From: an uncultured delta proteobacterium
GTDB lineage: Bacteria > Myxococcota > Myxococcia > Myxococcales > Myxococcaceae
Direction of reading: 5' to 3'
Length of the DNA stretch: 64,000 nt
Assembly: GCA_963771175.1 (NCBI GenBank)
Contig: CAVYSY010000035.1
Coordinates: 1-64,000 of the forward strand
Under the pieces are notes generated by a model. That model did no database searches. It had not been told where the DNA came from and worked only from the letters and a program-made list of their open reading frames with translations. This document shows, piece by piece, positions 33,502 through 43,278 of this stretch (positions are counted from its first letter, which is position 1; each line of letters starts with the position of its first letter). Both the position numbers and the translations under genes were made by a program.

Positions 33502-34665
33502 ATGAAGACCGCCGCACTCATTGGCGCGCTCAAGCGCATGTGGCTGCTCATCGTGGTGGCCGCCCTCGGCGTGGGCGCCGTGCTCTACAGCCGGTTCCGC
33601 CCTGTCCAGGCCTCGAGGGTGCGGGTCGAGACCGGCCCGGTTCTTCGGGAGGCGAGCGGGACCGGGACGTTGGAGAGCGAGGCCCAGGTCAACGTGGCCT
33701 TCACGGTCGCGGGGCGCATCGGCGGGCTCCGAGTGCGTGAGGGACAGCACGTTCGGGTCGGCGATGAGCTGGGATGGCTCGATCCGCGAGAGCCTCAGCA
33801 GCAGCTCGCGGTCGCGCGACGGAGCCTCGAGGCCGCGACCGTCAGCCTCAAGCGCAACGACGCGGACATCCGCCGGGCCCAGGTGAATCTCGAGGCCGCG
33901 CAGCGCGATGCGCGACGCGTGGACACGCTCTTCGAGGCTGGAGCCGCCCCCCTCGCGGATCGGGATGCCGCCCACGAGCGGCTGGACCGCGCCGAAGCGG
34001 AGCTCGAGGCCGCCACGGCCGCGAAGCAACACGGGGCGAGCAGCATCGAGCTGGCGCGTGCGTCGATGGACGTCCAGGCTCAGCGCTCAGGCGAGGCAAG
34101 GATTCTCAGTCCGCTCGAAGGTCTCGTCGTCCGGCGGCTCCGCGAGCCAGGGGACGTCATCGCGCCCGGGCAGCCGGTGTTGGTGCTCGCCTCGAGCACG
34201 AAGGTGCTCGCCAGGGTCTGGCTCGATGAGACCGTGCTCCACGAGCTGCGGGAGGGGCAGGAGGCTCGGGTCGTGCTCCGCGGGGAGCCATCACGCAGCT
34301 ACCGGGCCCGCGTGGATGCCATCGCCGCCGAGGTCGATCGACAGACCCACGAGATCCTCGTGGACCTGGAGCTCCTCGAGCGCCCGCGGCGCCTCGCCTT
34401 CGGTCAGCGCGTGGATGGCTTCGTCACGCTCGAGGCGGTTCCCGCTGCGCTTCGCGTGCGACAGGGGGCGTGCGACATGGAGCGAACGACGTGCTTCGTC
34501 GAGCGCGGCGGCCGTGTCTCGGAGGCGCAGGTGGGATTGGGGCTCGTCGGGAGCGACTGGGTGGAGGTCCGCACCGGCCTTGCCGAGAACGATGTCGTCC
34601 TGCTGCCTCCCACGGACGGCAGCCGCCTGGCCACCGGGCGCTTCGTCGCGGAGTCGCGGCCATGA
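33502..34665 (+). CDS. Periplasmic adaptor (membrane fusion protein) of an ABC efflux system
   Basis: TM, lipoyl halves (GRIGGLRVREGQHV; ILSPLEGLV), helical hairpin. Confidence 0.9.
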   Translation: MKTAALIGALKRMWLLIVVAALGVGAVLYSRFRPVQASRVRVETGPVLREASGTGTLESEAQVNVAFTVAGRIGGLRVREGQHVRVGDELGWLDPREPQQQLAVARRSLEAATVSLKRNDADIRRAQVNLEAAQRDARRVDTLFEAGAAPLADRDAAHERLDRAEAELEAATAAKQHGASSIELARASMDVQAQRSGEARILSPLEGLVVRRLREPGDVIAPGQPVLVLASSTKVLARVWLDETVLHELREGQEARVVLRGEPSRSYRARVDAIAAEVDRQTHEILVDLELLERPRRLAFGQRVDGFVTLEAVPAALRVRQGACDMERTTCFVERGGRVSEAQVGLGLVGSDWVEVRTGLAENDVVLLPPTDGSRLATGRFVAESRP

Positions 34666-35795
34666 ACCTCGCGTGGAGGGACATCCGGCATCAGGGGCCT
34701 CGCTTCGTCGTGACGGGCCTGGGGCTTGGGCTCCTCTTCGCGGTCGTGCTCGCCATGGGCGGCATCTACCGCGGCATGGTGGAGGACGCGGTGCTGCTCG
34801 TGAACCAGATGGGCGCGGATCTGTGGCTGGTGCAGCGCGACACACGGGGTCCGTTCGCCGAGCGCTCGGTGGTGCCGGCGCTCCTCGAGACTCGCGCCCG
34901 CGGAGTCCCAGGCGTGCAGTGGGCGCGTGCGTTCACGACGATCACCGTACAGCCGCAGCACTCGGGCCGCGTCCTGCGGCTCACGCTCGTCGGGCTGGCC
35001 TGGCCTGACGATCGGGGGAACTCGCTGCCGCTGAGCACGGGGCGGCCGCTGCGCAGCGCCCACCGGGAGATCATCGTGGATCGCTCCCTGGGCCTCCTCC
35101 CCGGGCAGACGCTGGTGCTGGGCGACGAAACCTTCAGCGTGGTCGGGCTGGGCCAGGGGCTCATCTCTTCCGGTGGAGATGCGCTCGGCTTCGTCACCCA
35201 GAACGATCTCACCTCCATCCAGCGGCACCTCGCCCCCGAGGCGCTGCGACTCGCGCGCTCATCGGGCGCCCCCCCGGGCGAGCCAGGAATCTCCGCCGTG
35301 CTCGTCCGCGTGGCGCCGGGCGCCTCCGTCGAGAGCGTGCGCGCACGGTTCGCTCAATGGGGGGACGTGTCCGTCTACACGACCCAGGAGCAGCGGTCGC
35401 TCCTGCTCGATGGGGTCATCGACAAGGCCCGCCGGCAGATCGGCCTCTTCCGAGCCCTGCTCGCGATCGTGTCCGGCATCGTCGTCTCGCTGGTGATCTT
35501 CAACATGACGGTGGCGAAGACCCGCGAGATTGCCCTGGTCAAGCTCATGGGGGCCCGGTCGAGCGTCGTGGTGAGCATGATCCTCCAGCAGTCCGTGCTG
35601 CTCACGGTGCTCGCCTACGCCTTCGCGCTCGTGCTCTCGCAGATCGCCTTTCCCCACTTCCCGCGCCGCGTCGTCGTCGGTGGGGGGGAGTTGGCCGGGG
35701 TGCTGGGGCTCTCGATGGGCATTGCGCTCGTCGCGAGCACCCTGGCCATCCGGCGGGCGCTTCGAATTCCGGCAACCACGATCCTGGCGGGATAG
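34662..35795 (+). CDS. ABC permease, MacB/FtsX/DevC type
   Basis: MNLAWRDIRH, GADLWLVQ, KTREIALVKLMGA; ATGA overlap. Confidence 0.9.
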   Translation: MNLAWRDIRHQGPRFVVTGLGLGLLFAVVLAMGGIYRGMVEDAVLLVNQMGADLWLVQRDTRGPFAERSVVPALLETRARGVPGVQWARAFTTITVQPQHSGRVLRLTLVGLAWPDDRGNSLPLSTGRPLRSAHREIIVDRSLGLLPGQTLVLGDETFSVVGLGQGLISSGGDALGFVTQNDLTSIQRHLAPEALRLARSSGAPPGEPGISAVLVRVAPGASVESVRARFAQWGDVSVYTTQEQRSLLLDGVIDKARRQIGLFRALLAIVSGIVVSLVIFNMTVAKTREIALVKLMGARSSVVVSMILQQSVLLTVLAYAFALVLSQIAFPHFPRRVVVGGGELAGVLGLSMGIALVASTLAIRRALRIPATTILAG

Positions 35796-35797
35796 TC

Positions 35798-36526
35798 ATG
35801 CACGTCATCGAAGCGCACGGACTCTGGAAGACGTACGGCAAGGGCGAGACAGAGGTGGTGGCGCTGCGCGACGTCTCTCTGTGCGTGAGCAGGGGAGAGG
35901 TGGCCGCGCTCCTCGGGCCGAGTGGCTCTGGCAAGTCGTCGCTCCTCACCACGCTCGGGTTGCTCCAGTTTCCGGATCGAGGCTCGGTGCGCATCGGCGA
36001 GTTCGAAGCGGTGATCGAGGGACGGCTCCGCGTCGATGCTGCCCGCGTCCGGCGCGAGCGCATCGGCTTCGTGTTCCAGAAGGCGAATCTCATCCCCTTC
36101 CTGAACGCTCTCGACAACGTGCTCGTGGCGTTCGAGATCAATGATCGCGGGGGTCGCGAGGCGCGCGCGCGTGCCGCCGCGCTCCTCGAGTACCTCGGCC
36201 TGGGGGACAGGCTGGCCCACATGCCGGACGAGCTCTCCGGAGGACAACAACAGCGCGTCGCGATCGCGCGAGCCCTGGCCATGGAGCCACCCGTCATCCT
36301 CGCCGATGAGCCGACCGCCGCCCTCGATGGGCGGAGGAGCCGCGATGTCATGCAGCTCTTCCGAAGAGTGGCGCATGAGCGAGGGACCGCGGTCGTCGTC
36401 GTGACGCACGACCATCGGACGCTCGACGCTTTCGACACCGTTCACGAGATGGAGGACGGCGTGCTGCGCACCGCTCCCCACCACAGCACTCCCAGCGCAC
36501 CGACCCATGAGGGCCCCACACCATGA
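35798..36526 (+). CDS. ABC ATP-binding protein (LolD/MacB type)
   Basis: GPSGSGKS, LSGGQQQR, ILADEPT, VTHD. Confidence 0.95.
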   Translation: MHVIEAHGLWKTYGKGETEVVALRDVSLCVSRGEVAALLGPSGSGKSSLLTTLGLLQFPDRGSVRIGEFEAVIEGRLRVDAARVRRERIGFVFQKANLIPFLNALDNVLVAFEINDRGGREARARAAALLEYLGLGDRLAHMPDELSGGQQQRVAIARALAMEPPVILADEPTAALDGRRSRDVMQLFRRVAHERGTAVVVVTHDHRTLDAFDTVHEMEDGVLRTAPHHSTPSAPTHEGPTP

Positions 36527-37012
36527 AACTCCCTGAGAAATTCTCTTTCCTGCGTCCTGGCTGGTGGATGACACACGTGGTTGCTGTCGTAGCCATTGGA
36601 GCATTGGGCTTCCACTTCGGAGCTGCCCACTCTGGGCACGGCGGAGGACACGAGCACTCCGTGGCGGCCGCTCCCGGAGGCAATGCCGTGAGGGACGAGA
36701 ATGCGGCTCCTGGAGCGAGCGCTGGGGGAGGGGACGGCCCACTTCGCCAGCGGCGATCTCCGGCCGATCGAGCACGCCCTGCACGGGGTACATGCCGCCC
36801 GGGAGCGCACGACCGAGGCCCTCCGGAGCGGCAGCTACCGCCCGCCACGTAACAGCGACCAATTGGAGCGCTTCCTCGAGCTGGACCGGGATTTTCACAG
36901 TCAGCTCGAGGCGCTCGCGGGTGCGGCGGCGCGAAACGATCCCAAGGAGGCCGGGGCAGCGCTCGGCCGGGTCATGCAAGGCTGCCAGGGCTGTCACGCG
37001 GAGTACCGCTGA
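36523..37012 (+). CDS. Class II (cytochrome c'-like) c-type cytochrome with His-rich linker; frameshift near 36700
   Basis: TM/signal plus HSGHGGGHEH; after removing one A the frame continues MRLLE...CQGCHAEYR (C-terminal CxxCH). Confidence 0.8.
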
Positions 37013-37069
37013 GCTCGCCTGGTGGAGGGGGCGCGGCTGCGCTTCTGGGCGGGCCGCGCCGCCCCCTGC

Positions 37070-38428
37070 TCAGCCCAACTCCACCTTCGGCAGGTTCGCC
37101 ATCGAGCGTTCGATGGCCTCCCGCGGGTACTCGTAGTCCTCCAACTTCCCCGCCAGGTACTGGTCGTACGCCGCGAGATCGAAGTGGCCGTGCCCCGAGA
37201 GGTTGAAGAGGATCACCCGCTCCCGTCCCTCCTCATCCGCCTTGCGTGCCTCCTCCACCGCCGCCTTGATGGCATGCGAGCTCTCCGGCGCCGGGATGAT
37301 TCCCTCCGTCTTCGCGAACAGCAGCGCCGCCTCGAAGCACCCCCGCTGCGTGTACGCCACCGCCTCCGCCACCCCCGCGTGCACCAGGTTCGACACCAGC
37401 GGGCTCGCCCCGTGGTAGCGCAGGCCTCCCGCGTGGATTCCGGGCGGCATGAAGTCGTGCCCCAGCGTGTGCATCCTCATGATGGGCGTCAGCTTCGCCG
37501 TGTCCCCGTAGTCGAAGGCATACTTGCCGCGCGTCAGCGTCGGGCAGCTCGCCGGCTCCGCCGCCACCAGCCGCACCTGCTTCCCGTTCATCTTGTCCCG
37601 CGCGAACGGGAAGGCGATGCCCGCGAAGTTGCTCCCCCCGCCGTGGCAGCCAATCACCACGTCCGGGTACTCGCCCGCCAGCGCCATCTGCTCCCGCGCC
37701 TCCTGGCCAATCACCGTCTGGTGCAGGCACACGTGGTTGAGCACCGAGCCCAGCGCATACTTCGTGTCCTCGTGCGTGGCCGCGTCCTCCACCGCCTCGG
37801 AGATGGCCATGCCCAGCGAGCCGTTGCTCGTCGGGCTCTCCTCCAGAATCCGCCGCCCCGTCTGCGTCTGGTTCGACGGCGAGGAGAACACCTCCGCCCC
37901 CCACGTCCTCATCATCGAGCGCCGGTAGGGCTTCTGCTCGTAGCTCACCTTCACCATGTACACCGTCACCGCCAGCCCGAAGAGCTGCCCGGCGAACGCC
38001 AGCGAGCTTCCCCACTGGCCCGCCCCCGTCTCCGTCGCCAGCCGCCTCACCCCCTCCTTGGCGTTGTAGTACGCCTGTGGCACCGCCGAGTTCGGCTTGT
38101 GGCTTCCCGAGGGCGAGACCCCCTCGTACTTGTAATAGATGTGCGAGCGCGTCCCGAGCGCCTTCTCCAGCGCGTGCGCTCGGAAGAGCGGCGAGGGCCT
38201 CCAGCGCGCCAGCGCCTCCCGGATCTCCTCCGGAATCGGCACCTCGCGCTCCATCCCCATCTCCTGCTCGATGATGCGCCTGGGGAAGAGCGGCGCCAGG
38301 TCCTCCGGCTTCGCCGGCTGCAGCGTCCCCGGGTGCAACACCGGCGACGGCGGCGTCGGCAGATCCGGCAGGATGTTGTACCAGTAGCGCGGAATCCGGT
38401 CCTCGGGCAGCAGGTACTTCGTCGTCAT
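37070..38428 (-). CDS. trpB2: TrpB-like PLP enzyme (tryptophan synthase beta, type 2)
   Basis: [38 protein letters not shown]; no adjacent trpA. Confidence 0.95.
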   Translation of the reverse strand: MTTKYLLPEDRIPRYWYNILPDLPTPPSPVLHPGTLQPAKPEDLAPLFPRRIIEQEMGMEREVPIPEEIREALARWRPSPLFRAHALEKALGTRSHIYYKYEGVSPSGSHKPNSAVPQAYYNAKEGVRRLATETGAGQWGSSLAFAGQLFGLAVTVYMVKVSYEQKPYRRSMMRTWGAEVFSSPSNQTQTGRRILEESPTSNGSLGMAISEAVEDAATHEDTKYALGSVLNHVCLHQTVIGQEAREQMALAGEYPDVVIGCHGGGSNFAGIAFPFARDKMNGKQVRLVAAEPASCPTLTRGKYAFDYGDTAKLTPIMRMHTLGHDFMPPGIHAGGLRYHGASPLVSNLVHAGVAEAVAYTQRGCFEAALLFAKTEGIIPAPESSHAIKAAVEEARKADEEGRERVILFNLSGHGHFDLAAYDQYLAGKLEDYEYPREAIERSMANLPKVELG

Positions 38429-38627
38429 GGCGGGCGCTCCTCGCGTGTCACTCGGGATGGATGCTCAGTGTAGCCCGAGCTGGGGGGCCGGGTGGAGCAG
38501 CTACGGAGAGGCGGTGCTCCTCAGGCAGGCGTGGGGGCGGTCGGGGATTCGGTGGCGTGATTTCCGGCTTGGAGTCCTTGCACTGCTTAGCCTTCCGGGA
38601 AGAGGAGCCTCTTGCCGGAGGATGAGC

Positions 38628-39011
38628 ATGTGGAAGGAGTTCAAGGAGTTCGTCGCTCAGGGGAATGTCGTGGGCCTGGCCGTGGCGGTCGTATTGGGCG
38701 GCGCCTTCGGTCTGGTCGTCGCCTCATTCACCAATGACATCCTGATGCAGCTCATCGCCGCTATGGGGAAGCGGCCGGACTTCAGCGATCTCAGCTTCAC
38801 CCTCAATGGCGCTGAGATCCGTTACGGCAACTTCCTGACGGTGCTGGTGAGCTTCCTCATTGTCGCCTTCGCGCTCTTCTTGGTGGTGAAGGGCTACAAC
38901 CGGTTGATGCGGCGCAAGCAGCAGGAGCCGAAGCAGCAGGAGCCGAAGGAGACCGAGCTGGAGCTGCTCCGGCAGATCCGTGACGCGCTGGGGCAGCGGC
39001 GCACGGTCTGA
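38628..39011 (+). CDS. mscL: Large-conductance mechanosensitive channel
   Basis: MWKEFKEFVAQGNVVGLAVAVVLGGAF...YGNFL...LLRQIRDAL. Confidence 0.95.
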   Translation: MWKEFKEFVAQGNVVGLAVAVVLGGAFGLVVASFTNDILMQLIAAMGKRPDFSDLSFTLNGAEIRYGNFLTVLVSFLIVAFALFLVVKGYNRLMRRKQQEPKQQEPKETELELLRQIRDALGQRRTV

Positions 39012-39051
39012 ATCCCTGGTCGGCAGGGCGGGCGCAAGAGGCCTGCCATCC

Positions 39052-40512
39052 ATGGACGTCCGCGCGCGCCTGGGCTTGGATGGCCTCATGCGGCTCTCCA
39101 CCCGGCTCCCGCCCATCCCGCTCCGAGGCCCCCGGCCTCTGCCCCTGCTCGGCGTCTGGGGCAACCTCCTGCGCTTCATGGGGGATCCCGTGGGCCACAT
39201 GCTCCGCATCTACCGAGAGCATGGCAGGCTGGCCACGCTCGCGGACCGCAACGCCGCTCTCATCTGCGCGTTCGATCCAGACGTCAACCGGCTCGTGTTG
39301 TCGGACCAGAACCGCTTCCACGTCTCGGAAGAGCTGGTCTTCCCCGTGCCGAAGGGCAGCTCCATGGGGCGCTTGTCCACCAACCTGACGCTGCTGAACG
39401 GCGAGGCGCACCGGCGGCACCGGCGGCTGATGATGCCGGCCTTCCAGCGCTCCGCCGTGGAGACCTACCGCGACGACATGGCGACCGTCACCGAGCGCCA
39501 CATCGAGCGGTGGAGGCCGGGCCAGGCGCTCGAGCTCGCCCAGGAGATGCAGCAGCTCACCCTGACCTTCGCCGTGAAGTGCCTCTTCGGCCTGGACGCC
39601 TCACTCGGGGGAGCGGATCTGGGAGCGCTCTCCACGGAGCTGCTGGGCGGGCTGATGTCCCTGGGCGTCGCCGCGTTCCCGCATGACCTGCCGGGCACTC
39701 CCTACCGGCGCACCCTGCGCGTGGCCGAGGTGCTGGAAGAGCGGTTGCGGCGGCTCATCGCCCAGAAGCGCGCGCAGCCGGCGGGGTCGCGGGATGTGCT
39801 CTCGATGCTCATCCAGGCCCACGACGAGCAGGATGGCCGCTTCAGCGACGAGGAGCTGCTGGGGGCAGCGAACGTGCTCTTCATCGCCGGGCACGAGACG
39901 ACGGCGTACACCCTCACGTGGACGCTCTTCCTGCTCTCCCAGCACCCGCGGGTATTGGCGGACGTGCTGGACGAGGTGAGCGGGGAGCTGAGGGGCGCGG
40001 CGCCCACGGTGGAGCAGGTGCCAAGGCTGGTGCTGCTGGACCGGGTCGTGAAAGAGAGCATGCGGCTGCTGCCCGCCTCGGTGATGCTCTTCTTCCGCTT
40101 CGCCACCGAGCCGTTCCAGCTCGGAGGGCTGGAGCTTCAGAAGGGAACGGGCCTGCTGCTCAGCCCGCTGGTGACGCACCGGCTGCCGGAACTCTACCCC
40201 GAGCCGGAGCGCTTCCGGCCCGAGCGGTGGCTGGAGCGGCAGCCCTCCACCTATGAGTTCCTTCCCTTCGGCGCGGGGCCGCGCATGTGCATCGGCGCGA
40301 GCTTCGCCACGCTGGCCGTGCGCGTGGTGCTGCCCATCCTGCTGCAGCGCTTCCGCTTCGCGCTCGCGCCGGGCGCCCGCATCTCGCGGCACGTGCGCGG
40401 CATCACGATCGCGCCCCGCTACGGCATGCCCATGATCGTGGGGACTCCCGGAGAGGCGGGGGAGCCCGGGACCGTCCGGGGCGACATCCACGAGCTCGTC
40501 CAGCTGGGGTAG
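39052..40512 (+). CDS. Cytochrome P450
   Basis: AGHETT, ESMR (ExxR), PERW, FGAGPRMCIG. Confidence 0.96.
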   Translation: MDVRARLGLDGLMRLSTRLPPIPLRGPRPLPLLGVWGNLLRFMGDPVGHMLRIYREHGRLATLADRNAALICAFDPDVNRLVLSDQNRFHVSEELVFPVPKGSSMGRLSTNLTLLNGEAHRRHRRLMMPAFQRSAVETYRDDMATVTERHIERWRPGQALELAQEMQQLTLTFAVKCLFGLDASLGGADLGALSTELLGGLMSLGVAAFPHDLPGTPYRRTLRVAEVLEERLRRLIAQKRAQPAGSRDVLSMLIQAHDEQDGRFSDEELLGAANVLFIAGHETTAYTLTWTLFLLSQHPRVLADVLDEVSGELRGAAPTVEQVPRLVLLDRVVKESMRLLPASVMLFFRFATEPFQLGGLELQKGTGLLLSPLVTHRLPELYPEPERFRPERWLERQPSTYEFLPFGAGPRMCIGASFATLAVRVVLPILLQRFRFALAPGARISRHVRGITIAPRYGMPMIVGTPGEAGEPGTVRGDIHELVQLG

Positions 40513-40582
40513 CCAGGGACAGGGGGAGTTCCCGGCCTCGCGCACGGGCTCGGACGAGTGCCCGCTCACGAGCCGGTGAGCA

Positions 40583-40951
40583 TCAGTCGCGCCGGTGGAG
40601 CGCGCCAGGTCTCTCGTCCGAGCCCGTGCCGCCCGGGAGGATGTCCTTCACCAGGCGGGTGCCCGAGCCTCCGGTGCCGGTGCTCTTCCACAGCTCGCGC
40701 CCGTGCACGCCGTCATCGGCGGTGAAGAAGAGGAGGTGGTCGCCCTTCGTCAGCTCGGCCGGGTCCGAGCCTGTCACGCCGGGCCGGATGTCCCGCAGCA
40801 ACGTCGCGGTGCTCCCGCAGGGCTGCCACACCTCCTCCTCAAGCGCGGACATCGTGCCACCCGCCTCGTCCACCGGAGGCGAGTCGGGAGGAGCGGCGGT
40901 ACAACCTGAGACAAGCGCCCACAGCACCGGAAGGGAATGCCATCGTTTCAT
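40583..40951 (-). pseudogene. Truncated ELWxxDGT-repeat lipoprotein
   Basis: Lipobox VSGC and one LLFFTADDGVHGRELWKSTGT...LVKDI repeat, then a stop. Confidence 0.7.
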
Positions 40952-41194
40952 CGTGCAGCTCCATGGTGTCGCGCCGGAGGCCCGGCACTCAGAGCCGCAA
41001 TCTGGACGTGGCGCGCCCACGGTCTACCGGGGCGTGCGTCGCAATTCCTGAGAGGCAAGAGACAGTCGGCCCCTCCCGTGATGCCATCCTTCGGCTTCTG
41101 CACCCCCCGCTTGAGGCAGAGAACGTCAACTCATATGGTAGCTGTCCGCTCGGATCTGTACACCCATCCCGGTCCGACATGAGAGGCGCCAGCC

Positions 41195-42160
41195 ATGCCA
41201 TCACTCGATGTCTACTTCCTCGATGTCGGACAAGGCGATGGAACCTTCATCGTATGTCCCGATGGAACTACGATTCTGGTCGATCTCGGCTCCAAGAAGA
41301 ATGGTCACATTGCCGGAAACGATGCGATTGTGACCATCAAGGGACTCCTGAAGAGCAAGACGATCGACCATCTCTTCCTCACCCATGGTGACGGAGACCA
41401 TTACAACCTCATTCCGGAGATGGTGGACACCCACGGCATCAGCTTCGGCAAGGTGTATTACGGCGGACAAAAGAGCGACTACAGCAGCGAAATGCAGTCG
41501 AAGGTCATCGACGCGTTCAGTTCCAGCTCTTTTTTCGGCAAGGCCCACAGCACCCAAACGAGCCCTCTACTTACGATTGGCACGTCCACGAAGACGGTCA
41601 AGGTCTTCTTGCTGTCCGCGAACTATCCATCTCCGACTGATAGCGACAAGAACGCCAAGAGCATTGTCTTGATGCTGGTGTATGCCAACCGCAAGATCAT
41701 TCTGATGGGGGATGCGGAAGTCGAGACGGAGGACTTCATCATGGAGTCCTTTCCCAATAACTTCCTGCAAGCTGATGTCCTCAAGCTGGCCCACCACGGG
41801 TCCAATGGAAGCAACCAACAATCCTGGTTGGACGTGGTGCAACCACGGATCGTTGCCGCGAGCGGGGATCAGAAGTGGGGACACCCTTATTCCGAAACAC
41901 TGGATCGGGTGTCGACGGGCAACAGGTTGGCAAACATCTACCAGCACGGAATCGTGGCGGGCGAGTACTCGTCGAGGGCCAAGGATTACGATTGGAAGAC
42001 GAGCTCCACCAAGAAGGCCATCCTGACGAATCTCTACAAAATCACCGGTACGATGGGCGTGTCGTGGCAGGCCTACGGCATTGCCTATGTGGTGCAGGTG
42101 AACGACGATGGCAAGCTGGGGGTTGGGGACACGCTCGACAATGCATCCGGATGGTTTTGA
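41195..42160 (+). CDS. Stand-alone ComEC/Rec2-type MBL-fold hydrolase
   Basis: DVGQGD, THGDGDH, GDAE, HHGS, WGHP; visibly lower GC and atypical codons. Confidence 0.88.
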   Translation: MPSLDVYFLDVGQGDGTFIVCPDGTTILVDLGSKKNGHIAGNDAIVTIKGLLKSKTIDHLFLTHGDGDHYNLIPEMVDTHGISFGKVYYGGQKSDYSSEMQSKVIDAFSSSSFFGKAHSTQTSPLLTIGTSTKTVKVFLLSANYPSPTDSDKNAKSIVLMLVYANRKIILMGDAEVETEDFIMESFPNNFLQADVLKLAHHGSNGSNQQSWLDVVQPRIVAASGDQKWGHPYSETLDRVSTGNRLANIYQHGIVAGEYSSRAKDYDWKTSSTKKAILTNLYKITGTMGVSWQAYGIAYVVQVNDDGKLGVGDTLDNASGWF

Positions 42161-42168
42161 CCCGGCGA

Positions 42169-43185
42169 TCAGGCCGCGAGCCTGACCGCCGCCTCGAACT
42201 CGGGGCGCTTGATGTTCGCGAGCGCCTCGTTCAGCCGGCTGCGGCCGTAGTCCACCCGGCCCTGCCAGGTCTCCAGCACGAACTCGCCCGTCGACAGGCC
42301 CTGGTGCAGCTTGGCCAGCGGGGGGACGGCCAGGTCGGGTAGCCGGACGCCCGGCCGTTCGGCCGCGGCACCATTCAGGAAGCTCATCGCGTAGAAGACG
42401 TGGTTGAGCTGCCGCATCAGGAACATGCGGGCCTGCCGCGCCGCATCCGGCGTCTCGCCGAAGTAGGTGCGCAACAGCATGGCCTCCTCCTCCGCATTGG
42501 CGGTGAAGAAGTTGGCCAGGGTCGCCAGGTCCACATAGCGGTCGGCGAGAAACGAGGACTCCCAGTCGATCAGCCACAGCCGGCCCCCGTCATAGAGGAC
42601 ATTGCGTGGGTTCAAATCGTTGTGGCTGGAGACCGGATCCGGTCGCAGACGGCGGTATGCAGCGGCGAGCTCGGAGTAACGCGCGAAATGCTCCGCCGTG
42701 GCGGCCGGCTCGATCAGGCCCGAGGCGCGGAACTGTCCGATCAGCGCCTCCATGCCATCCAGATAGTCGACCAGCCGCGGAAAGGCCGGGGTTGCGTGCA
42801 AGGCGCGCACGGCCTGGGCCAGTTCGGTGACCCTGTCGCTCCTCGAGCCGGCATACTCCAGTGAGAGCGATCGCTCAGCGATGAAGTCCATGATCGCCAC
42901 CCCGTCCTCGACGCAGGCGTAATGCACCTTCGGCGCCACGCCCGCCTCGGCCGCGGTGCGCATGCAGCCGTACCAGCGGCTGGGGTTGCGGAAGAAGTCG
43001 CTCTGGCCCTCGATCCGCAGCAGATAGGCGATGCCACCCACCCGGATCTTGAACACCCGAGCGCCGGACAGGCCGCCGGTGAGCGATGTCGCCGCGTCCA
43101 GCGTCGTCGTGCCGAACGCGGCCTCGAGGGCGCGCTCGACCGCGCGACGGTTGGCTTCGGGAAAGGGCGTTTCGGGAAAGGACAT
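42169..43185 (-). CDS. Aminoglycoside/choline-kinase-like phosphotransferase
   Basis: GGLSG, HNDLNPRNV, IDWE, DLA. Confidence 0.9.
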   Translation of the reverse strand: MSFPETPFPEANRRAVERALEAAFGTTTLDAATSLTGGLSGARVFKIRVGGIAYLLRIEGQSDFFRNPSRWYGCMRTAAEAGVAPKVHYACVEDGVAIMDFIAERSLSLEYAGSRSDRVTELAQAVRALHATPAFPRLVDYLDGMEALIGQFRASGLIEPAATAEHFARYSELAAAYRRLRPDPVSSHNDLNPRNVLYDGGRLWLIDWESSFLADRYVDLATLANFFTANAEEEAMLLRTYFGETPDAARQARMFLMRQLNHVFYAMSFLNGAAAERPGVRLPDLAVPPLAKLHQGLSTGEFVLETWQGRVDYGRSRLNEALANIKRPEFEAAVRLAA

Positions 43186-43209
43186 GGTGGCGCTCCTGGT
43201 GAGGCGCGC

Positions 43210-43255
43210 ATTTTACCCGGGTATAATTCGGAGACAATATCTCCCGGGTAAAATT
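43210..43255 (-). promoter_or_regulatory. AT-rich promoter bracketed by a 12-bp inverted repeat
   Basis: ATTTTACCCGGG (43210-43221) and CCCGGGTAAAAT (43243-43254); minus strand TTGTCT-16 bp-TAAAAT. Confidence 0.65.
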
Positions 43256-43278
43256 ATTCCCGTTCACCACGAGCCGCT

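Noticed and set aside
38925..38948. 12-bp duplication encoding KQQEP twice in mscL
   Set aside because: Short duplication in a variable linker; no sign of function
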